From Octopus bimaculoides (lineage: Eukaryota): 64,000 nt of DNA. The position numbers and the translations under genes are program-made. Numbering within the stretch: position 1 is the stretch's first letter; each line of letters starts with the position of its first letter. Positions 51,457 to 60,374 of this stretch are shown in pieces. The notes beneath the pieces were generated by a model. It did no database searches. It was given only the letters and a program-made list of their open reading frames with translations, and had not been told where the DNA came from. The stretch is from NCBI RefSeq assembly GCF_001194135.2, contig NC_068999.1:3984532-4048531 (forward strand), given 5' to 3'.

Positions 51457-54400
51457 CATCTTTATGGTGACATTAATTCCATAAAACGAATCGTTATTAA
51501 CATTACTTTTTTATTCATCCTCATGGAAAATTCTAGATTTTAAAATTTCAACTGGGTTTAGATATTTTTCTTTCTTTTCCTTCTTTTCTATTTATTTCTT
51601 CTTCTCCTTCAGCATCGTGATGCTAAAATTGATGTAAATTCTGAGATTTTTCAACCCAACATTGTTGTATTCTCTTTGTCTGAGACACAGAAGCTAATAA
51701 CGGAACAAAAATTACCTCGAAAGAAAAAGGTTTCTATTTGCTTGAAATTCCCTCCCGTTTTCCGTGTGAACATTTACCCTCTACCAGTTGCATGCCAATT
51801 CCTATGTCATACCCAGTTCTCAATATCATGGGGCTTTTCGCACTATGTTTTGTTCTTCGACTGTGTAAAATTAGCACCATTTTGGTATAGCCTTGTGTTC
51901 TAGCAGTTTACATTAGCATCATTTCTAACAGCCTTTTTCCTTGTTTTTCGTTCCAAAACCCTTGAAATTCTCTTCAATTACTAACTTTAACGGGTATTTT
52001 TTTAAATAATTGTAATTAATTTTTCCATTTGATTATTGTTCCCACCTTTTTAATACATTTCTCTAAAGTTTTAAAATACCAAGGTCTGGAATTAATTTAC
52101 TTTTCTTCAAACAAAAAAATGGCTGATCGTTAGTAAGGAGGGACACACAAATAAGAAAGAAGAAAACAAAGGACCACTGATGAGGTCACAGAAGTGTGAT
52201 GAAAGATCTCTGGCCGAAATACGATTAATGTAATATAAAGCTGAAGCAAATTAACACCAAATATATAGTACGTGTGTTTTTATTGGCTAAATTGGCAACA
52301 TGACCATCCACAAATACAATAATATCTGTTTCAACACGATTTCACATCAAGAATCTTGCAAAACAAATATATAAACAAAAAAATTCTTATTTTCATTCAA
52401 ATGGTTTAGGTTTAAAAGCATTTATTCTTGACCCTAAAACATCATTGTAAATAATTCTTTGCACTTCAAATACCACACAATTATTGGAAGACAATGACAA
52501 AACCATAAGTATTGCAAAGTTCTAAGCATTCTTTACATTTCAATACTATTATTATCATTATTATTATTACTATTATTATTATTCAAGACAAAGAGCGTGA
52601 TTTGATTGCAATAGATATTTTATTGGTTGAACGATACTTTGACAGTAAATCTGTCTCTGTCGAGTTCAAAATAAGAAATAATAAAAATTCCAAATTACAG
52701 AAATTTAAACGTAAAGTATGAACGAGAGGAACCAGCGTCCACACGTTGATGGAATTACATCATCTGTCTTTATGTTTCAATTACATCACTTCTTAAACTG
52801 AAGGACTGCATCAAGTACAAATGTCCTCTTTAGCATGGTCCTTACAGCAAGGTGCCCTTCCTCATGCCAACCACATTACCGAGTATACTGGGTGCTTCTT
52901 TTGTCCCTAGTGATGATTGCCTTGTAACTAGCAAGGCTAAGGGCCTAAAGTGGCCCCTATAATTGAGAAAGAATAGAAGGGAAAGCGGGTGGTGATTCCA
53001 GGTGAAAACCAATAAATCTTTCTTTCCCAATTTTTGATGTTTTAAACATTATTCTAAGAGCCTTAAGCAACGTTTCTTTTCAAGGCTGCATATTTATGTT
53101 ACAGTAAATGAGATTTTGTGGCAGTCATGCTGTATTCCAGACAGTTCTGACATATAAGTAAAATGTTTTCACTTAAAAACAGGAGCCAGTGTTAACCCCT
53201 TCCTTACTGTGTTTATGTTACTCAAGGTAACATAATTGAGAAAGAATAGAAGGGAAAGCGGGTGGTGATTCCAGGTGAAAACCAATAAATCTTTCTTTCC
53301 CAATTTTTGATGTTTTAAACCTTATTCTAAGAGCCTTAAGCAACGTTTCTTTTCAAGGCTGCATATTTATGTTACAGTAAATGAGATTTCGTGGCAGTCA
53401 TGCTGTATTCCAGACAGTTCTGACATGTAAGTAAAATGTTTTCACTTAAAAACAGGAGCCAGTGTTAACCCCTTCCTTACTGTGTTTATGTTACTCAAGG
53501 TAGATAACTCTATTAATACCAACAAATACAGACAAGACAAACTGAAGGGGTCTTTAACAAACTGACTGGTGACAGTAAAGGATATGTTTCTGCGTTACTG
53601 CACCTCTTCAGGTGGCAGAGTAAAGTCAGCTGTTTTTTGTTTTTTTTTACATGGACAAGAAACTATTAGTATTAAGATTTTAAGTGGGGAAGTTGTGGCA
53701 GTCATTCATCTTCCTTATAACATTAATACCATTAAATAATATACTTCTCCCCTTATTGTGAGAAAATGAGCCAATATGGGTAACTTTTATAGGGGTCACC
53801 AAAACTATGAGACAAAGCTGCTGAGCCTCCCTCAAATCACAACTGACTACCTTAATTATAGAAAGACTTATTGCATGGTGTAATCCTAGATAGACTTTAC
53901 CTAAATAAAAGACTGCATGGTGGAATGTCTTTGATTGTAGGTCTACTTGATTGTGGCTGCGAAAATAAAACATTACCAATACATTTTAACTCCTAGAATT
54001 TCTTAACCGTTTTACTAAACCTAATCCTTATCAGAGATAAAAACTAGACCAACACTCTAAAGTTGCATGTATTAAAACGGGGTTACTCGACTCCTTCTTT
54101 GAAAGCCACAAAATATTTTGTTTCCATTGACAGATAAAAGACGAAAACCCCGGATATTTGAAGAAATGCATGTAACTTTGCTCATAGTAACAACCCTTAT
54201 TTTCAGAACAACCTTCTCCCTTTCAGTTGGCTTTTGACCCCTGTTGCATGTTCCTCTTTAAAAGGTTTTGTTCTCATTTCCATGATCAACAAATTCTGAT
54301 GTAATTGATTTTTGTTGTTTTGTTGTTTCCTTTTTGTCTGATTTTCATCTTTTTTTTTTGGTTTGTTGGTTTTCGTTTGTCTTACTCTTTGTTCCTTGTT

Positions 54401-55060
54401 ACTATTTATTTTATGATGTATTCAAATAATTATCATATATTTTATACAAATATAATTAATATATTTTTGCTTTCCTTTATATATATAATGATATAAGTCA
54501 CCTTCAAGAATCAACCTCGGCAACTTTTGAAAAATATATGCCCTTTAATATATTGTTGAATTTTCAGAAAAACACATTTATTATACTACCTGGCCTACCA
54601 TATATATCATCATCATCATCATCATTTAATATCCACTTTCCTTGCTGGCATGGGTTGGACTGTTTGACTGGAACTGGTAAACCAGAGAGCTGCGTCAGCT
54701 TCCAGTCTGATTTGGTTTGGTTTCTAAGGCTAGGTGCTCTTCCTAAAGGTCATGTAGCCATAGAAACCAAGACAAATCAAGCCTTTCTTAATGCCAACCA
54801 CTTTACAGAATGTGGTGGATGCTTTTAATGTGGCACCAGCACAAGTGCTTTTTACATGACACCAGCACAGGACCCTGGCTGACCAATCCTCCTCTCCAGA
54901 GGGCCTTCTCTTCATCAGGAGGACTCCTCTTCACCAGGGAGCCATATAGAGATATAACTTATAGAGGTTAGTTCATTAGTTTGTTATCCTGGACTGGCTT
55001 AAAGTACTGTACTTTATTTGTACTGAGTACTCCTCCAGATAATTACCCAACATCTGTGTG

Positions 55061-55101
<41 letters not shown>

Positions 55102-56086
55102 NNNNNNNNNNNNNNNNNNNNNNNNNNNNNNNNNNNNNNNNNNNNNNNNNNNNNNNNNNNNNNNNNNNNNNNNNNNNNNNNNNNNNNNNNNNNNNNNNNN
55201 NNNNNNNNNNNNNNNNNNNNNNNNNNNNNNNNNNNNNNNNNNNNNNNNNNNNNNNNNNNNNNNNNNNNNNNNNNNNNNNNNNNNNNNNNNNNNNNNNNNN
55301 NNNNNNNNNNNNNNNNNNNNNNNNNNNNNNNNNNNNNNNNNNNNNNNNNNNNNNNNNNNNNNNNNNNNNNNNNNNNNNNNNNNNNNNNNNNNNNNNNNNN
55401 NNNNNNNNNNNNNNNNNNNNNNNNNNNNNNNNNNNNNNNNNNNNNNNNNNNNNNNNNNNNNNNNNNNNNNNNNNNNNNNNNNNNNNNNNNNNNNNNNNNN
55501 NNNNNNNNNNNNNNNNNNNNNNNNNNNNNNNNNNNNNNNNNNNNNNNNNNNNNNNNNNNNNNNNNNNNNNNNNNNNNNNNNNNNNNNNNNNNNNNNNNNN
55601 NNNNNNNNNNNNNNNNNNNNNNNNNNNNNNNNNNNNNNNNNNNNNNNNNNNNNNNNNNNNNNNNNNNNNNNNNNNNNNNNNNNNNNNNNNNNNNNNNNNN
55701 NNNNNNNNNNNNNNNNNNNNNNNNNNNNNNNNNNNNNNNNNNNNNNNNNNNNNNNNNNNNNNNNNNNNNNNNNNNNNNNNNNNNNNNNNNNNNNNNNNNN
55801 NNNNNNNNNNNNNNNNNNNNNNNNNNNNNNNNNNNNNNNNNNNNNNNNNNNNNNNNNNNNNNNNNNNNNNNNNNNNNNNNNNNNNNNNNNNNNNNNNNNN
55901 NNNNNNNNNNNNNNNNNNNNNNNNNNNNNNNNNNNNNNNNNNNNNNNNNNNNNNNNNNNNNNAATGTATTACAATGACAGTTACAAAATCTAAAATGAGT
56001 TTTATTGATTTGATATTTCTTGTTTTCAGGTTTATTTTCAGTTTTTTTTTTTTCTGGTGTGAAATGACAACAATTCTCTCTCACTT

Positions 56087-56120
<34 letters not shown>

Positions 56121-56903
56121 GCTCATAAAATACAAGTTGCTGTATAAGTGTGTGTGTGTTCTCGACATGTTTCTACAGAATGTGGACAGCCGGTACTCCT
56201 CATAATTGTATGTCAAGTACTTGAGCACAAAATGTTTGTGTGTATAACCGATGTGTGTATATCTATGTACTTTCTGAATCTGCATTCATTGTGTTTATTT
56301 GATGTGAGTGTATGCATTACGTATGCGTGTGTATATGTTTACTTGATAAGTGTGTGTGTATATTGTGTATTGATATAAGTGTGTACAATTCATGATTTGC
56401 ATAGATTGTGTATGAGTGTGCATGAATCAGAAGTAAGTATTGAGTGTGTGTGTGTGTGCGTGTGTGCGTGTGTGTGTGTGTGTGCGTGTGTGCGTGTGTG
56501 TGTGTGTGTGTGTACATGTAGATATATATATAGATATATACATATACACACATACATAGATATATGTTGATATACAGGCACAAACATAGATACACACACA
56601 CACGTAGATATAGATAGATATACGTATTGGTAGACACATTTTCATATATATACATATGTGTGTGGGTGTAGAGAGAGAGAGAGAGAGAGTGAAACACACA
56701 GCGGTATCTGTATACATTGTGCATGTGTGTGTGTGTGTGTGTGTGTGCATGTAGGAAATATATACTCTGTAAAGATGAGGTTAACAGTATTAGATATCTA
56801 TGTTTATACACTGTCTAGATGTAAAAACATACATCCTGTGTGGATGTGTTTAATGATAATAAGTTGGGAAGGCAATTGGCATGAAATGGAAGCAAAATTG
56901 AAG

Positions 56904-56935
<32 letters not shown>

Positions 56936-57567
56936 CTTTCTCTGATAGGTTGTTAATCTGATATGTTGGAGATTAACAACATCCACTGTAAGCTCACCCC
57001 TGCTTTCTATGATAGGCACAAGGCCTGAAATTTTGGGGAGGGAGATGGTCAATTACATTGACCCCCCTACTACTCTGCTGTTGCCCTGAAAGGATGAAGG
57101 GCAAAGTCGACCTTGACGGAATTTGAAATTCAGAATGTAACTGCAGATGATATACTGCTAAGCGTTTCACCCAGTGAGCTAACGATTCTGCCATAATCAT
57201 CATCATCCTCATCATCGTTTAACGTCTGTTTTCCATGCTGGCATGGGTTGGACCGGTTCAACTGGGGTCTGGGAAGCCAGGAGGCTGCACCAAGCCCCAA
57301 TCTGATCTGGCAGTGTTTCTACCGCTGGATGCCCTTCCTAATGCCAACCACTCCTAGAATGTGGTGGGTGCTTTTTACGTGCCACCGGCACAGGAGCCAG
57401 AGGAGGTGGCATCAACCATGATCGGATGGTGCTTTTTACGTGCCACTGGTACGGAAGTCAGTCAAAGTGACACTGGCATCAGCCACGTTCGGATGGCTTT
57501 TTACATGCTACCGGCACGGGGCTCACAACTACAATTTCCATTTGATTTGATTTTGATATTGCTGTTG

Positions 57568-57613
<46 letters not shown>

Positions 57614-57687
57614 GATAATATACACACATATATAGATATATACATATATCATCATCGTCGTCATTTAACATCCACTTTCCATGCTGG

Positions 57688-57730
<43 letters not shown>

Positions 57731-58704
57731 ACATATATATATACACATCTCTATATATATACATATAGGGAGAATTCACAAAAGAACAAAAGACGAAAGA
57801 TGGGTGGTGTAGACGACAAACAGATGTATTAGTTTAATGCTCGGGAAGTGAAAAAGTCTTTAATGTTTTGAACCTACGCTCTTCCACAGAAAGGAACACA
57901 GAAAGAAACAAAGAGAGAAAATAAAGAGTGTGTTGTGGTTAGCGACACATATATAAATACACATATGCACACATATACATATATACACACACACACATGC
58001 ACATATATCAGACAGACACGGATGTATGTGAGAATAGAGAGAGAGAGAGTGAGTGAGTGACTGTTATTTTTAGATTCGGTCGTCCTTTTTCTTTTCTACA
58101 GACAGTGGAATCATCTATTGTTGACTAGTGAACCAGGAAACAGAAATAGCAGCTGTTTGTGTGTGTGAAGGGCGGAACACAAATAAGCTGATAGAAATAA
58201 TAGACAAGAGAAATGAGAGGCAGTTGTTGTGAGAGGAAGAAAGACTGAGCTGATGGGGAAGTGTGATGTGTATGGCTGGAGGTCTGAAGAATAGATGAGA
58301 GTTTGGTAAATATGTGCTGAGAGGTCCAAGGTCAGCATAGCACGATGTGGCTAAATTTGGTCCCAGAAGGTTGAAGCTGGTTAAGGGGATGACAAAGCAC
58401 CACAACATGTGGTGAGATATCCTGGACTGGACAAGATCTCTCCAACCCATGCCAACATGGAAGAATAGATGTAAAGTGGATAGGTGTCAGCTGGGCAATG
58501 GGAAACAAGTGGCACCACAAATGTGCGCACACACACACACACACACTTTGTATATTCTTGTGTTTGTTCATTGTTTAGCAGTAGATATATCTGTATGTGT
58601 TTGTGTGTGTATGTGAGAGTATATTAATATGTTTGTGTATGTGTGTGCATATGTATGTGTGTGGGCATATATGTACATATATATGTGTGTTTGAATATAT
58701 ATAC

Positions 58705-58744
<40 letters not shown>

Positions 58745-58973
58745 NNNNNNNNNNGTGTGTGTGTATGTACATATGTGTGTGTATGTACATGTGTGTGTGT
58801 ATATGTACATGTGTGTGTGTATATGTACATGTGTGTGTGTATATGTACATGTGTGTGTGTATATGTACATGTGTGTGTGTGTGTATATATATATATATGC
58901 ACGTGTATGTATGTGTGCATATATATGTGTATATGTGTGTGTAAATATATGTATATATGCATATGCATGCATG

Positions 58974-59004
<31 letters not shown>

Positions 59005-60336
59005 GCACATGTGTGTCTACATACGTATGTATATATATATACAAGTACAAGTGTATACAATATGCAACCTTAGTTTTAATTCCACTTCTTAACAGCCAAA
59101 TTCTTTAAAGCAGAACAATTTACAGAGAAATCTTTGGTAAGATATCAAAAGCTGGCATTTTGACACAAACAACGTCAATACTAACCAATATTTTTAAAAT
59201 TAATTAAGCAACTGTAATTGTCTTGTCAAAAATAATTAAACTTTATTGCTTCATTGCTTGCAACATTACAAAAATATTTTCAACAGTATTTTTACAGAAA
59301 ATCTTCCATTTTTACCATTTTTCAAAACATTTTTTTCTTTTGTTTTTTTTTGTTGTTTTTTTCCTGTATTTTTCTATTCTCCGTTTCTTGATAGAATTTG
59401 TTGTTATACGAGACAAGAAGTCAACTGTTTGAATTATTTATAATGTTTTATCTTCATTATTTTTGTTCCTGAAGAAGTCACTAAACAGCCTGTATTTTGA
59501 CGACCAAAAGCGCCAAATTGATTTCGTGTTGGCTTTCAATAAAGAGTGCGATGATGGCAAGAATGAGAACCGAAGACATCAGTTCGAGAACAGCTTGGAA
59601 AAGTTTGGACTGGAATTGGAATATGCAACGAAGGTATAACTTTGTTTTTTACACACATTCACACACACACACACATTCACACACACATACACACACATTC
59701 ACACCCTACATAATATACACATGACATTTTATACAAACATGAATACACTACATTTTATATACTCATACATACACTACATTATATAAACACACACACACAC
59801 TATATTGTGTGTGTGTGTGTGTATATATATATATTACTCCTTTACTCCTTTACTTGTTTCAGCCATTTGACTGCGGCCATGCTGGAGCACCGCCTTTGGT
59901 CGAGCAAATCAACCCCAGGATTTATTCTTGGTAACCTAGTACTTATTCTATCGGTGTCTTTTGCCGAACCGCTAAGTTACGGGGACGTAAACACACCACC
60001 ATCGGTTGTCAAGCGATGTTGGGGGGACAAACACAGACACACAAACATATACACACACATACATATATATATACATATATACGACGGGCTTCTTTCAGTT
60101 TCCGTCTACCAAATCCACTCACAAGGCTTTGGTCGGCCCGAGGCTATAGTAGAAGACACTTGCCCAAGGTGCCACGCAGTGGGACTGAACCCAGGACCAT
60201 GTGGTTGGTAAGCAAGCTACTTACCACATAGCTACTCCTACACACACACTACATTATACAAACTTGCTAGCTTTGATGTAATCAACTACTCTCCACCCAC
60301 AAAATTTCAGGCCTTGTTCCTTCAGTAGCAGCAAGA

Positions 60337-60374
<38 letters not shown>

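Noticed and set aside
53680-53979. 99-aa minus-strand ORF without obvious low complexity
   Set aside because: Largely made of a family F repeat copy; no protein motif.
54884-54925. Minus-strand CTGATGA with stem II (agag/ctct) and a 7-bp stem I
   Set aside because: GAAA, stem III and the UH site are absent (only ggagag between helices), so it is not a hammerhead.
57850-57895. Possible Penelope-type ribozyme remnant (tggaagagcgtaggttcaaaac on -)
   Set aside because: Both core boxes are mutated; too degenerate to call.
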